From: an uncultured Candidatus Saccharibacteria bacterium
GTDB taxonomy: Bacteria > Patescibacteriota > Minisyncoccia > Phycocordibacterales > Phycocordibacteraceae
Direction of reading: 5' to 3'
Assembly: GCA_964499455.1 (NCBI GenBank)
Contig: CAZCLC010000001.1
Span: 1 to 59,440, forward strand
Length of the DNA stretch: 59,440 nt
Shown here piece by piece: positions 37,118-47,429 of this stretch. Every line of letters begins with the position of its first letter. Within the stretch, counting starts at the first letter, position 1. The position numbers and the translations under genes are program-made. A model generated the notes under the pieces. That model was not told the DNA's origin and ran no database searches. It saw only the letters and a list, made by a program, of their open reading frames with translations.

Positions 37118-38026
37118 TTATTGATTGAAACATTGATTAGCCCAGATTTTTAAATAATTTTCAGCAACTGCAACACTGATTGGAATTTCTTTAACGGATT
37201 TAAATAATTTTAAGTTTAATCCTCTGTCTAATAGAGTTTGTTTGATGGCATCATCTTGGCTTTTACTGTCCTCGTTATTTGACGTACTAATATGAATCTC
37301 AGTTTTTCCTAAAGAATCTGCTAAGAAAAATAATCCTATTTCCAAAGCATATTCTTTGTATTTATCAATCATCTCTTTAGCTTTTTGATGGAAAAATGCA
37401 CCATTAGCAAAATCTACAGTATATCCGTTACTGCTGTCTTTTTCCTGTTTGCGAATTTTTCCTAATATATAATGAAGTTCCGCGCAACGAGCGATATATT
37501 CTATCTGCCCATCACTTAATCCGTACTCTTCTTTTAATTTAGAATTAAATTTAGTGCCTCTAATTATCTCACCAGATGCTTTTTCATGTTTATTAAACAT
37601 AAAACCAGCTGTGGCATCATTAGCTTTCTTAGCTTTTCGACTAATAAATTTTCCTAAGTCATGGAGCATGATAGCTATTTCAAAAAGTTCGTCTTTTGTC
37701 TTACCATCAATTTTTTCCGCCATATGAGAGATGACTTTTTCTTTAACGCCGCATAGTTCCAAATATCGTGGGACTTCTTTTTTGTAAAATTCTATAACTT
37801 TTTCAGTGTGAGTAATAATTCCCCACTGATGCCAATTTGGTTTATGCTCATTTGGATCATCAGGATTATCAAAAAAGTCTTTATTTTGTTTATCTGAAAT
37901 ATCAAGATTATCTGAAATAATATCTTTAGCGATTTCCTGGAAATTAGCTTTTATAGAGCTGATTATCTCTTTAGAATCATGAATTCCTTTGACGCATATA
38001 CTTGTATTTTCTGTAGAATCTTTCAT
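37118..38026 (-). CDS. HD-domain phosphohydrolase-like protein, function unknown
   Basis: 302 aa with H (ITHTEKV), HD (AIMLHDLGKF) and later H/D positions (NKHEKAS, FLADSLGK). Low GC. Sits between rplU and recR. Confidence 0.6.
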   Translation of the reverse strand: MKDSTENTSICVKGIHDSKEIISSIKANFQEIAKDIISDNLDISDKQNKDFFDNPDDPNEHKPNWHQWGIITHTEKVIEFYKKEVPRYLELCGVKEKVISHMAEKIDGKTKDELFEIAIMLHDLGKFISRKAKKANDATAGFMFNKHEKASGEIIRGTKFNSKLKEEYGLSDGQIEYIARCAELHYILGKIRKQEKDSSNGYTVDFANGAFFHQKAKEMIDKYKEYALEIGLFFLADSLGKTEIHISTSNNEDSKSQDDAIKQTLLDRGLNLKLFKSVKEIPISVAVAENYLKIWANQCFNQ

Positions 38027-38103
38027 ATACTTTGTCTAATTATATTGTACTACTCGTAATTTAAAATTAATATCGTCTAAGAATTACAAAATTTTGTTTC
38101 TTA

Positions 38104-38712
38104 TTAAGATTCTTTTCTATTTAAAAACGCACCTGAAAGTGTTTGTGAATCAGCATATTCAAGTTCAGTACCAGTTGCCAATCCACGACCAAGCATACTA
38201 ATTCGTATACGAGGACGTAACGGTGAAAATAATGTTCGTATATAATCAGCCGTGTGTTCTCCTTCAGAAGTTACTGAGAGTGCAAGAATAATTTCAACAA
38301 GTTCGTCTTCAATTCTTTGCTTTATATTTTTCATGAGCATTTTTTCTCTGATTTCGCCACGTCCAGAAAGAGTTAGTACACCACCAAGTACAAAATAATA
38401 CCCATGATATACTTGTGCTTGTTCTATTACAGCTATATCTTGGTCTTTCTCAACAACCATAAGTAATGTTTTATCCCGTGATTTATCATTGCATGTAGAG
38501 CATTGATCACCAACACCACTCCAAAAGCGCTGACATGTTTTGCATTGATGTATCTCATTTCCTACACGTTTTATTAGATCAGCAAGTGTTGTTTTTGTTT
38601 CCGCAGTAGAAGATAGAAGATAGTATACAAATCGCTCAGCTTGCCGTGGACCGATTCCAGGAAACCGTTCAAATAAACGCACTAATTGTTCTGCTGTGTC
38701 AGATATAATCAT
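38104..38712 (-). CDS. recR: Recombination protein RecR
   Basis: HhH motif FPGIGPRQAERF, C4 zinc finger (CKTCQRF...CSTC) and a Toprim region. Confidence 0.93.
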   Translation of the reverse strand: MIISDTAEQLVRLFERFPGIGPRQAERFVYYLLSSTAETKTTLADLIKRVGNEIHQCKTCQRFWSGVGDQCSTCNDKSRDKTLLMVVEKDQDIAVIEQAQVYHGYYFVLGGVLTLSGRGEIREKMLMKNIKQRIEDELVEIILALSVTSEGEHTADYIRTLFSPLRPRIRISMLGRGLATGTELEYADSQTLSGAFLNRKES

Positions 38713-38758
38713 AATCTTATTATAAGTACTGATATAATTAATTATTTATAAAATGATA

Positions 38759-40120
38759 TTAAAATTCACTAGCAAGATCACCATAACCACTTTTATCAAC
38801 TGGCATAAAAGTGGTTCTTTTCTCATCAAAATATAATTCTACCTTTCCTGTTGGACCATTTCTATGTTTTTCAATAAGGATTTCAGCTATATTTGGACGT
38901 TCACTATCTGGGTTATGTTTATCGTCTCTATGTATAAACATAACAACATCAGCGTCTTGTTCTATAGAACCTGAATCACGTAAGTCAGAAAGTCGTGGCT
39001 TACCACCTCGTTGTTCTACTGCACGTGAAAGTTGCGAAAGTGCTAATACAGGTATATTTAATTCTCGAGCAAGTCCTTTCAAAGAACGAGAAATTTCCGT
39101 TACTTGTTGTACGAGAGAGTCCGATGTTTTTGAACCAACAGGTGACATAAGCTGCAAATAATCTACAATAATTAATTTAACATCATGTTCTCTTTTTAGT
39201 CGTCTTGCAACTGCACGCATTGCAAGTATGTTATTTCCTGGTTTATCATCTATGAAAATAGGTGCTTTTGATAGTGACTCAAGTGCATCACGAATTCGGT
39301 CAAAATCAGTTTCGTCATGTATATTGCCCGTGCGTAATTTCCATGAATTTACAGATGATTCTGCAGCAAGCATACGGTCAATAAGTTGCTCACTACTCAT
39401 TTCAAGAGAAAAAATACCAACAGCAGTACCATATCGTACAGCTGTATTACGTGCGATATCAAGTGCAAATGCTGTTTTACCTACAGAAGGTCGTGCGGCG
39501 AGAATTATCAAATCAGATGGATGCAGACCTGAAAGCATCGCGTCAATATTAGCAAATCCTGTTGGAATTCCACGGATTGTATTTTCTTGCTTTGATAGGC
39601 GTTCAATACGGTCCCAAGTATCTGGTAATTTTTCTGCAATTGACACAAAAGAATGAGACGATGCGGTATCACCAACTGCATACACAAGTTTTTCTGCCTC
39701 ATCAAGTAATTCCGCAGTATCCCGAGTATCATCATACGAGTGTTCTGTAATACGATATGCTACATCAATAAGTGAACGCATAATATATTTACGCAAAACA
39801 AGATCAGCGTAATGAGTAATATTGTTTGGAGAGGGTGTTGCGGTAGCGAGTTCAGCAACATAACTACGTCCGCCTGCTTGTTCAAGAAAGTTTTGATCAG
39901 ATAGGCGAGTGGTAATACTTAGTAAATCAATCGGTTCACCACGACTTGCGAGATCTAACATTGTATTAAATATAAGTTTATGTCTTTGTGTATAAAAAGA
40001 ATCTTTCTTAATATTAGCGGAAATATCATGAATTGCGTCTGGTTTTAATAAAAGTGAACCAAGCAATGCGCGTTCAGCATCTAAGTTTTGTGGTGGAATA
40101 CGGTTTGAAGTAGTAGTCAT
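38759..40120 (-). CDS. dnaB: Replicative DNA helicase DnaB
   Basis: N-terminus PPQNLDAERALLGSLLL, Walker A ARPSVGKTAF, and IIVDYLQLM, SQLSR, RDSGSIEQDAD. Confidence 0.96.
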   Translation of the reverse strand: MTTTSNRIPPQNLDAERALLGSLLLKPDAIHDISANIKKDSFYTQRHKLIFNTMLDLASRGEPIDLLSITTRLSDQNFLEQAGGRSYVAELATATPSPNNITHYADLVLRKYIMRSLIDVAYRITEHSYDDTRDTAELLDEAEKLVYAVGDTASSHSFVSIAEKLPDTWDRIERLSKQENTIRGIPTGFANIDAMLSGLHPSDLIILAARPSVGKTAFALDIARNTAVRYGTAVGIFSLEMSSEQLIDRMLAAESSVNSWKLRTGNIHDETDFDRIRDALESLSKAPIFIDDKPGNNILAMRAVARRLKREHDVKLIIVDYLQLMSPVGSKTSDSLVQQVTEISRSLKGLARELNIPVLALSQLSRAVEQRGGKPRLSDLRDSGSIEQDADVVMFIHRDDKHNPDSERPNIAEILIEKHRNGPTGKVELYFDEKRTTFMPVDKSGYGDLASEF

Positions 40121-40134
40121 ATAAAGCGATTATA

Positions 40135-41607
40135 TCATTTTGCATCTTTATATAAGAGTGTAATTTCTGTGCCATCTTCAACACGATAACCAGCCTTTTG
40201 TAGTGTATTACGCAATGCATCAGCACGAACAAAATTTTTCTCTGTACGAGCCAAATCACGCTTGTCACGTATTGTACGAATATCGGAAGGTAAATCGCTG
40301 TCTTGGACTGGCTCATATTCTTTTGGTGGGTTAGCACATTTAATACCAAGTAATGCATCAGCTTCAATCAATACACCACATTTTTCTTCAGGTGTCGCTT
40401 CTTCATCACGGAGTGCTTCCCATAAAATTGCGAGTGCTTGCGAAGTATGCATATCATCATACATTGCTGCAATAAATCTATGACGATATTCAGATGATGC
40501 TACATTCATTTGCGAAGCATTCTTAATTTCATACGAAATACGAAACAAACGAGAAAGTGTTTCAGAAGCGCTTTGAATTGCCTGCCATGAAAATGACAAT
40601 GGGGTTCTATAATGTGTTTGGTAGAAAAGATAACGTAATGAAAGCGGATGTAAATTACGTTTAATAATATCATCAAGGAGTACTTCGTTATGAAGTGACT
40701 TAGAGATTTTATCACCATTCATCGTAATAAAAGCATTGTGAATCCAATATCGTGCAAGTGGCCTATCAAACGCCACTTCTGACTGTGCTATTTCATTATT
40801 ATGATGTATTGGAATTAAATCCATACCACCTGTATGAATATCAATTTCGACTCCAAGTAATGTATGAACCATTGCAGAACATTCAATATGCCATCCAGGA
40901 GCGCCATTACCCCATGGAGAACTCCATTCCTGTAAGCGATGTACACCTTTTGGGGTTGATTTCCATAGAGCAAAATCTGTTGGATGACGTTTTTCTTTAT
41001 TAACCATAATGCGCGCACCTGCGCAAATGTTGGCGTCTTTCATACCTCCAAGTTTTCCATACCCACTATATTTTGTTGTGTCAAAATATAAACCATCTTT
41101 AATACGATACGCGAACCCTTTTTTTTCAAGTATTTGCGCAATCGCTATTTGTTCATGAACATATTCACTTGCGCGTGGAAAAATTATTTGATGTATATCA
41201 ATATTTAGTAAATCAATATCATTTAGAAATAAAGTGGAATATCGTTTTGTTAATTCTGCAATTGATATACCATCACGCTTAGCACGTACTTCAACTTTAT
41301 CTTCACCCTCATCTGCATCACTTGTGAGGTGTCCAACATCAGTTATATTAATGACGCGATGTAAACGATATTTAGAATGTATAAGTATTCGCGCTAATGT
41401 GTCTGCACATATATGTGGACGTAAATTACCAATATGTGCTCGGCTATATACTGTTGGTCCACAAGAGTACATTGTTGCTTGTTTGGATTTAAGAGGAATA
41501 AACGGTTCTTTTTTTCCTGTAACTGTGTTTGTAAGTAATATAGGCATTGAAATTGGTTGCAGTTCTCTTTTCCTCTTTATTTTTTCTATAAAATTAAACC
41601 AATTCAT
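40135..41607 (-). CDS. cysS: Cysteinyl-tRNA synthetase
   Basis: Class I HIGH (AHIGNLR) and KMSKS (KISKSL) motifs with the CysRS-typical YSCGPTVY and WHIECS. Confidence 0.95.
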   Translation of the reverse strand: MNWFNFIEKIKRKRELQPISMPILLTNTVTGKKEPFIPLKSKQATMYSCGPTVYSRAHIGNLRPHICADTLARILIHSKYRLHRVINITDVGHLTSDADEGEDKVEVRAKRDGISIAELTKRYSTLFLNDIDLLNIDIHQIIFPRASEYVHEQIAIAQILEKKGFAYRIKDGLYFDTTKYSGYGKLGGMKDANICAGARIMVNKEKRHPTDFALWKSTPKGVHRLQEWSSPWGNGAPGWHIECSAMVHTLLGVEIDIHTGGMDLIPIHHNNEIAQSEVAFDRPLARYWIHNAFITMNGDKISKSLHNEVLLDDIIKRNLHPLSLRYLFYQTHYRTPLSFSWQAIQSASETLSRLFRISYEIKNASQMNVASSEYRHRFIAAMYDDMHTSQALAILWEALRDEEATPEEKCGVLIEADALLGIKCANPPKEYEPVQDSDLPSDIRTIRDKRDLARTEKNFVRADALRNTLQKAGYRVEDGTEITLLYKDAK

Positions 41608-41725
41608 AATTAGATTTACTTTAGTATAGCATTTTCGAAAATCTTAGTCTTAATTGCATAAATATATGATTAATACACTTTGCGGGTTAGGCCGTGGTGT
41701 TGTAGTATATGTTGTATATAAGTAT

Positions 41726-43024
41726 ATGAGTGATAATTCAATACAAAAAACGAACGGCGAAACTTCAAAAGTTTCGCCGCAAAAAGAAAATGATTCCAAG
41801 AAAATAACACGTAATGTTTGGTATTCAATCATTATATTTCTTGCGTTTGGTGTTGGAATATTAGTCGGTTATACATATCAAAAATCAATACCATCAATTG
41901 TTTCTCATATTACATTCAATAGTCAACATATAGACACGACACCAAGTGCTACTGCAGACTTGAGTAGTTTTTGGGGTGCGTGGAATCTACTAAAATCAAA
42001 CTTTGTTGAAACGCATGCTTCTTCAACTATTCCGACTACAAAACAAGAGGTATACGGAGCAATTAAAGGGATTACCGCCTCTTATGGTGATCCATATACA
42101 GTTTTTATGCCTCCACAGGATGCCAAAATATTTAAACAAAATATTACAGGGAGTTTTGGTGGTATCGGTGTAGAAATCGGAATGAAAAAGAATGTATTAA
42201 CTGTTATTTCACCATTAAAAAATACTCCAGGTGCACGTGCAGGTATTCTTTCTGGTGACAAAATTATTGCAATTAATAATAAATCAACGGATGGTATATC
42301 AATTGATGACGCTGTAAAATTAATTCGCGGAATACGTGGTACGACAGTTGTGCTTACTATTATGCGGGACAATAAACTACATATTATTAAAGTAGTGCGT
42401 AGTACAATCCAAATTCCTGAAATAAAGTATGCCCTTGACAAAAAGGATAATATATTTCATATAGCACTATACACATTCACTGCCAATTCTCCTCAGCTTT
42501 TTGATAACGCACTTAAGTCTTTTAAGTCTTCTGGCTCTGATAAACTTATTCTTGACTTACGTGGCAATCCAGGTGGATATTTAAATGCTGCTGTTGATAT
42601 AACAAGCCATTTTCTTCCAAAAGGTGACGTTATTGTTACCGAAGATTATAAAGGAAAGCAACAAAACGTTATACATAGAAGCCTAGGGTATGATGATGTC
42701 TCATCAAACGTGAAAATTGTAGTGCTTATAAACCAAGGTTCAGCTTCTGCTGCTGAAATCATTTCAGGTGCACTACAGGATCATCATCGTGCGATTTTGA
42801 TAGGTACTCGTTCTTTTGGAAAAGGATCAGTACAAGAAATGTTTCCAATTGATAGTGGCTCATTAAAGATTACTGTTGCACGTTGGTTAACTCCATCAGG
42901 AAAATCAATCTCAGATGGTGGTCTCACTCCAAATATTGTTTCTAACCGTACAGAAAAAGATGTACTTGCAGGAAAAGATCCACAAATGGCGCGTGCAATT
43001 CAATTCTTTAAAACAGGAAAGTAA
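41726..43024 (+). CDS. S41 carboxy-terminal processing peptidase with PDZ domain
   Basis: Start taken at ATG 41726. Has a TM anchor, PDZ (GIGVEIG...PGARAGILSGDKIIAIN), the catalytic Ser region GSASAAEI and DLRGNPGG. Confidence 0.88.
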   Translation: MSDNSIQKTNGETSKVSPQKENDSKKITRNVWYSIIIFLAFGVGILVGYTYQKSIPSIVSHITFNSQHIDTTPSATADLSSFWGAWNLLKSNFVETHASSTIPTTKQEVYGAIKGITASYGDPYTVFMPPQDAKIFKQNITGSFGGIGVEIGMKKNVLTVISPLKNTPGARAGILSGDKIIAINNKSTDGISIDDAVKLIRGIRGTTVVLTIMRDNKLHIIKVVRSTIQIPEIKYALDKKDNIFHIALYTFTANSPQLFDNALKSFKSSGSDKLILDLRGNPGGYLNAAVDITSHFLPKGDVIVTEDYKGKQQNVIHRSLGYDDVSSNVKIVVLINQGSASAAEIISGALQDHHRAILIGTRSFGKGSVQEMFPIDSGSLKITVARWLTPSGKSISDGGLTPNIVSNRTEKDVLAGKDPQMARAIQFFKTGK

Positions 43025-43076
43025 TATATTATATATATAGTTGCATTTCATAGTTTATAAGGGTATTATTAGTCTA

Positions 43077-43520
43077 ATGAAGGTTATTTTAACTAAAAAA
43101 GTTAATGGCGTCGGTAATATCCATGATACAGTGAATGTTTCTGATGGATACGCTCTTAATTTCCTTATTCGTAAAGGTGTCGCTATATCTGCAACACCTG
43201 TTGCACAACGTTTGGCAAAAGCACGAAAAGAGAAACTTATTGCTGAAAAAGGAGTTCAAGAACAGCTTTTTGCACAGAATATTGCTACACTTGCAGAAGC
43301 AAATATTGTAATTACAGCAAAAGCAAATGAAAAGAATCATCTGTATGATGCAGTAGGAATTCCGGAAATTTTGTCAGCATTAGAAAAACAATTGAATATA
43401 ACATTTCCAAAAGATACAATTAAATTAGAACAACCGATTAAAGAGATTGGCAAGTATGATATTTCAATTTCTCATGAAAAATATTTTGGAAAATTCTCAA
43501 TTACTGTAGAACAAGAGTAA
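43077..43520 (+). CDS. rplI: 50S ribosomal protein L9
   Basis: Start at ATG 43077: MKVILTKKVNGVGNIHDTVNVSDGYALNFLIRKG.A..AT. Confidence 0.93.
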   Translation: MKVILTKKVNGVGNIHDTVNVSDGYALNFLIRKGVAISATPVAQRLAKARKEKLIAEKGVQEQLFAQNIATLAEANIVITAKANEKNHLYDAVGIPEILSALEKQLNITFPKDTIKLEQPIKEIGKYDISISHEKYFGKFSITVEQE

Positions 43521-43560
43521 TATTAAAAACATATTGTAATAGTTTATATACTTAAATACA

Positions 43561-43587
43561 AAACACGAAACATAATGTTTCGTGTTT
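43561..43587. terminator. Bidirectional terminator between rplI and rpmA
   Basis: AAACACGAAAC-ATAAT-GTTTCGTGTTT: 11-bp perfect stem with A/T flanks. Confidence 0.8.
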
Positions 43588-43610
43588 AATGTGTTAAAAG
43601 ACACAGATCT

Positions 43611-43883
43611 TTATAATACGTCTACAACTTTCTTTTGTATTATATGACCATTAAATCTGCATTTACGCCTTTCTCTATAAGAGACAACTCCATCAGATAT
43701 AGCAAAAAGTGTGTGGTCTTTACCTACACGTACGTTTTTACCTGCTTCAATTTTAGTGCCTCGTTGACGTACAATAATAACCCCTGGATGTGCTTTTTGA
43801 CCGGCATACAATTTCGTACCTAAATATTTAGGATTTGAATCTCTAAGATTTTTTGTGGATCCACCTGCTTTTGTACTCGACAT
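43611..43883 (-). CDS. rpmA: 50S ribosomal protein L27
   Basis: [23 protein letters not shown]...GQ....[10 protein letters not shown]...[11 protein letters not shown]...G.V. Confidence 0.95.
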   Translation of the reverse strand: MSSTKAGGSTKNLRDSNPKYLGTKLYAGQKAHPGVIIVRQRGTKIEAGKNVRVGKDHTLFAISDGVVSYRERRKCRFNGHIIQKKVVDVL

Positions 43884-43918
43884 AAGTAATATACTATATA
43901 GATTATGATTATATATTT

Positions 43919-44383
43919 ATGAGTATACCAATGATATACAAAAAAAGCAAACATTTTATAATTTCTACTTGGTCTTTTATTGTGAAAATACCAACTAATA
44001 TACCACGTGACGGTATTATAGTACTATTACTAATTATGACTGCTTTTGCGAGTTTTGGTCTTGGTTTTCTTGCAGGAGCAAGTAATCCTTCTTCTGTAAA
44101 AAGTATTCAAATTAAATCTGAAACCTTGTCTTCAAAAGATAGAATGAACATTAGAAAAAATAGGGAAGTGATAGTGAAGCCAAATACATCTGTTATAAAA
44201 ACAACAAATGCTCATACTGTCAAAAATGAACGAGTCGTTGGATCAAAGAACGGAAGTAAATATTACTTGTCTTCTTGCAGTGGCGCAAAACGTATTCATA
44301 AAGAAAATGAAATATGGTTTAGTTCTGTCGCACTCGCACAAGCAAAAGGATACACTCCGGCTATACGTTGTTTTGGTATATAG
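43919..44383 (+). CDS. Membrane-anchored protein with a C-terminal small Cys-containing (Ada-like / sunset-type) domain
   Basis: TM anchor (IIVLLLIMTAFASFGLGFLAG). C-terminus KYYLSSCSGAKRIHKENEIWFSSVALAQAKGYTPAIRC fits Y-Y/H-x3-C...N..WF.....A...GY.P...C. Domain name recalled from memory. Confidence 0.5.
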   Translation: MSIPMIYKKSKHFIISTWSFIVKIPTNIPRDGIIVLLLIMTAFASFGLGFLAGASNPSSVKSIQIKSETLSSKDRMNIRKNREVIVKPNTSVIKTTNAHTVKNERVVGSKNGSKYYLSSCSGAKRIHKENEIWFSSVALAQAKGYTPAIRCFGI

Positions 44384-44453
44384 ATTTTTGCATATAGTAA
44401 ATTAAGTACGCAAAATATTTGCACGTGGTGTAAACACGGTTTATTATATTTAT

Positions 44454-45053
44454 ATGATAGTTGTTGATGTTGAGGCAAGTGGTATAGTGCCATCAATACA
44501 TTCTATAGTTTCTTTAGGTGCTGTTGATTTTTCTCATCCAGAAAACCAATTTTATGAAGAATGTCGGATATGGGATAATGCGCATATTGATAAAAGTGCA
44601 TTAAACGTCAATGGATTTTCATCTCAAGAAATACTTGACCCAAAAAAGAAATCAGAAGGGGAGTTAGTGCAGGCATTTATCGCTTGGGCATTTGATCGTC
44701 CTGATGAATATACTATTGCCGGTCAGAATCCATCGTTTGATCGAGATTTCATCTCTGCCGCATGTGCTCGTATCCATATTGAATTTCCATTCCCGTTCCG
44801 TACTATTGACACACATACACTTTGCTGGCTTCATATGACAGAACGGGGGATATCACCTCCAGTATCAAAACATCACTCAGCACTCAATCTTGATACGGTA
44901 TTGAGCTACTGTGGGCTACCTACAGAAGATCGTCCACATAATGCACTTGGTGGAGCTTATGCACATACAGAAGTTATCGCGCGTATGGCGTATAATAAAA
45001 AAATTCTCCCTCAGTATAATAAATATCCAATACCGTGGAAGTCTGGCTCGTAA
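44454..45053 (+). CDS. DEDD-family 3'-5' exonuclease (DnaQ/RNase T-like)
   Basis: Exo I VVDVEASG, Exo II GQNPSFDRDFI, Exo III region HNALGGAYAHTEV. Confidence 0.75.
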   Translation: MIVVDVEASGIVPSIHSIVSLGAVDFSHPENQFYEECRIWDNAHIDKSALNVNGFSSQEILDPKKKSEGELVQAFIAWAFDRPDEYTIAGQNPSFDRDFISAACARIHIEFPFPFRTIDTHTLCWLHMTERGISPPVSKHHSALNLDTVLSYCGLPTEDRPHNALGGAYAHTEVIARMAYNKKILPQYNKYPIPWKSGS

Positions 45054-45090
45054 ATAAATATTTTTACAATAATAAATTAATTATTTTCTT

Positions 45091-45831
45091 ATGAATGATA
45101 ACCAATCTAACGAAACTGCACGTAAATTAGTGAAAACAATACAGGAAGGACATGCACAAATACCAAGTGAGTTTTCTCCGCTTGTTTGCAAACCGCAACG
45201 TGTTGAATCGTGGCGTATATTTAAAATTATGTCTGAGTTCGTGGAAGGATTTGAAACAATTCGCAGATACACTACGGCTGCAACATTTTTTGGCTCTGCA
45301 CGCGAGACTCTTGAGAAATCAGTATATGAACAATCAACTGATCTTGCTGCGCGACTTGCAAAAAAAGGATATGCGATTATTACAGGTGGTAGTAACGGTA
45401 TCATGCAATCTGCGAATAAAGGTGCGTATGAGGCCGGTGGCGCGTCAGTTGGACTCAATGTTCGGCTACCTAATGAACAAAAAGAAAATAAGTATCTAAC
45501 CGACAGTTTTGAGTTTGATCATTTTTTTGTGCGAAAAGTAATGCTTACATTTGCTTCAGAGGTATATATTTTCTTTCCAGGTGGATTTGGTACGTTAGAT
45601 GAATTTTTTGAAATCGTTACTCTTGTACAGACAAAGAAAATCAACAAGGTACCAATTATTATGTATCATGCAGCATACTGGAATCCTCTTATGAAATTTA
45701 TTGAAGAAAGACTTTTAAAAGAATTTAATACAATTGCACAAGACGACCTTAGTTTATTACATATTGTAGATTCCGTTGATGATGCGTTTGCATATATAAC
45801 TGAAAATACGACAATAAAAGACCGTACATAG
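45091..45831 (+). CDS. LOG-family (TIGR00730-type) nucleotide phosphoribohydrolase
   Basis: ITGGSNGIMQSANKGA and PGGFGTLDEFFE motifs. Confidence 0.88.
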   Translation: MNDNQSNETARKLVKTIQEGHAQIPSEFSPLVCKPQRVESWRIFKIMSEFVEGFETIRRYTTAATFFGSARETLEKSVYEQSTDLAARLAKKGYAIITGGSNGIMQSANKGAYEAGGASVGLNVRLPNEQKENKYLTDSFEFDHFFVRKVMLTFASEVYIFFPGGFGTLDEFFEIVTLVQTKKINKVPIIMYHAAYWNPLMKFIEERLLKEFNTIAQDDLSLLHIVDSVDDAFAYITENTTIKDRT

Positions 45832-45909
45832 TAAATGATTTATTTGTTAAATATGTATTTAGCATAAGTAGAGAAGTGCCTTTATATATTACAGGTAATT
45901 TAAATATAA

Positions 45910-45937
45910 GTGTCGCACAATATATCTTTTGCGACAC
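45910..45937. terminator. Hairpin between convergent LOG and M23 genes
   Basis: GTGTCGC-(14 nt)-GCGACAC 7-bp stem. The T-rich tract is weak. Confidence 0.45.
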
Positions 45938-46025
45938 TAACTTATTTATTTTATCAAATACATCAATATAACTGAATAGTTATTCTAAATGATGTTATAT
46001 CTTTGTCAGTCCCCTACTTTATTAT

Positions 46026-47429
46026 TTAATTTTTAGGAAGATATGAAAGAGGATTTAGATATGCGTTAAGAGTTGCAACTGGCATAATAGCATTTGCACA
46101 TCTGGTTTTACTTTCGTTATGAAAAGAACCCAGTGTCATTATTTTAGTACCTTCAGCGGCATATACACCAAAATGCAGATGTGGACCTGTTGCATAACCA
46201 GTCATACCTGAATAACCGATATGTTCTCCAGTAACAACATCTTGTCCTTTATGTACGTCTATTTCTGAAAGATGTGCATACATAGTATTCAATCCATTTG
46301 CATGTGCAATCATAATCCATTTTCCGAATGAATAACACTGTTGCCCACTTGAATTATGTGCAAGATCTGTATTTCCGATAGCGAGAACATTTCCAGAAAG
46401 TGCTGCGTGCACGGAAGTTCCGATGATAACTCCTATATCAATACCATTATGTCCATGTCCGCTGTATACTTGTGGATTTTTTGTTGCAAAAGGAGTATTA
46501 CCAAAATATTGTGTAATACAATCCGGATTTCCAAAATAACTACTATTCGTTGCACATTGTTGCATTATTGTATGTGAAAATGGCCACGCAAGAATACCAG
46601 ATTGTGGTTTTGGGAATGAACCAGGATGTACAATCAGATGTAGTTGTGCTTGTAACCGGATAATTTCTTCTTCCATTGATTTTTCTGCCGCTTTTTTTTG
46701 CACAATAAGATTTTGATATACACTTTCTTTATGTTTTGTTTGAAGTAAAAGATTTGTACGTGCTTTTTTTATCGCTAAAATTGTGTGCTGTTGTGATAGT
46801 TGTTCTTGTTTGAGAATCGCAAGCGATGTTTTTTCTTTCTGTACTTGTATATATGTTTGTTGTAGTTTATTTTTTTTATCTGCAAGATCTTGAACATATA
46901 TGTTAAGTGCCTTTGTAAACTGATCAAGATAATCAACTGTAACCCATGCATCTGAGAAGTTTGATCCGGAAAGAAAATATATAATTGGTGAAACTGAATC
47001 TGTTTGTTGTATTGTCCGTAATGACGATGCAACCGCTGTGTGTTGAGAATCAATTTTCTGTTGTATTTGTGTCGTTGCAAATTCGAGTTTTTGAAGAATC
47101 AAATTTGTTGATGTAATTTTAGTATTTGTTATTACTAAGCGAACTCCAATTTCTTTTTCTTGTAAGTAAAGTGTCTGAATAGCGTTTGCAAGTGTCTTTT
47201 TTTGTATACCCAAAGAACTAATTTTTCGTTGATATTTTTGAATATCTTGTTGCAGTAACACAATAGCTTTATTATGTGTAGTAATTTGTTGCTGGACAGC
47301 AGCCGTTTTCTCTTGAATAGTTGCAGCTTGAGAATAGTTTGTAATAGAATTATTGAGCATTATAAATAATGCAAATACTAATCCCCAACCGATAATATTA
47401 AAAATTACGCGCTGGTTTATACTCATCAT
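46026..47429 (-). CDS. M23 peptidase with long N-terminal coiled coil (EnvC-like)
   Basis: Signal anchor, ~250 aa of Q/K/L-rich coiled coil, then the M23 core HNGIDIG...YAHLSEI...GYSGMTGYATGPHLHFGVY. Confidence 0.88.
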   Translation of the reverse strand: MMSINQRVIFNIIGWGLVFALFIMLNNSITNYSQAATIQEKTAAVQQQITTHNKAIVLLQQDIQKYQRKISSLGIQKKTLANAIQTLYLQEKEIGVRLVITNTKITSTNLILQKLEFATTQIQQKIDSQHTAVASSLRTIQQTDSVSPIIYFLSGSNFSDAWVTVDYLDQFTKALNIYVQDLADKKNKLQQTYIQVQKEKTSLAILKQEQLSQQHTILAIKKARTNLLLQTKHKESVYQNLIVQKKAAEKSMEEEIIRLQAQLHLIVHPGSFPKPQSGILAWPFSHTIMQQCATNSSYFGNPDCITQYFGNTPFATKNPQVYSGHGHNGIDIGVIIGTSVHAALSGNVLAIGNTDLAHNSSGQQCYSFGKWIMIAHANGLNTMYAHLSEIDVHKGQDVVTGEHIGYSGMTGYATGPHLHFGVYAAEGTKIMTLGSFHNESKTRCANAIMPVATLNAYLNPLSYLPKN

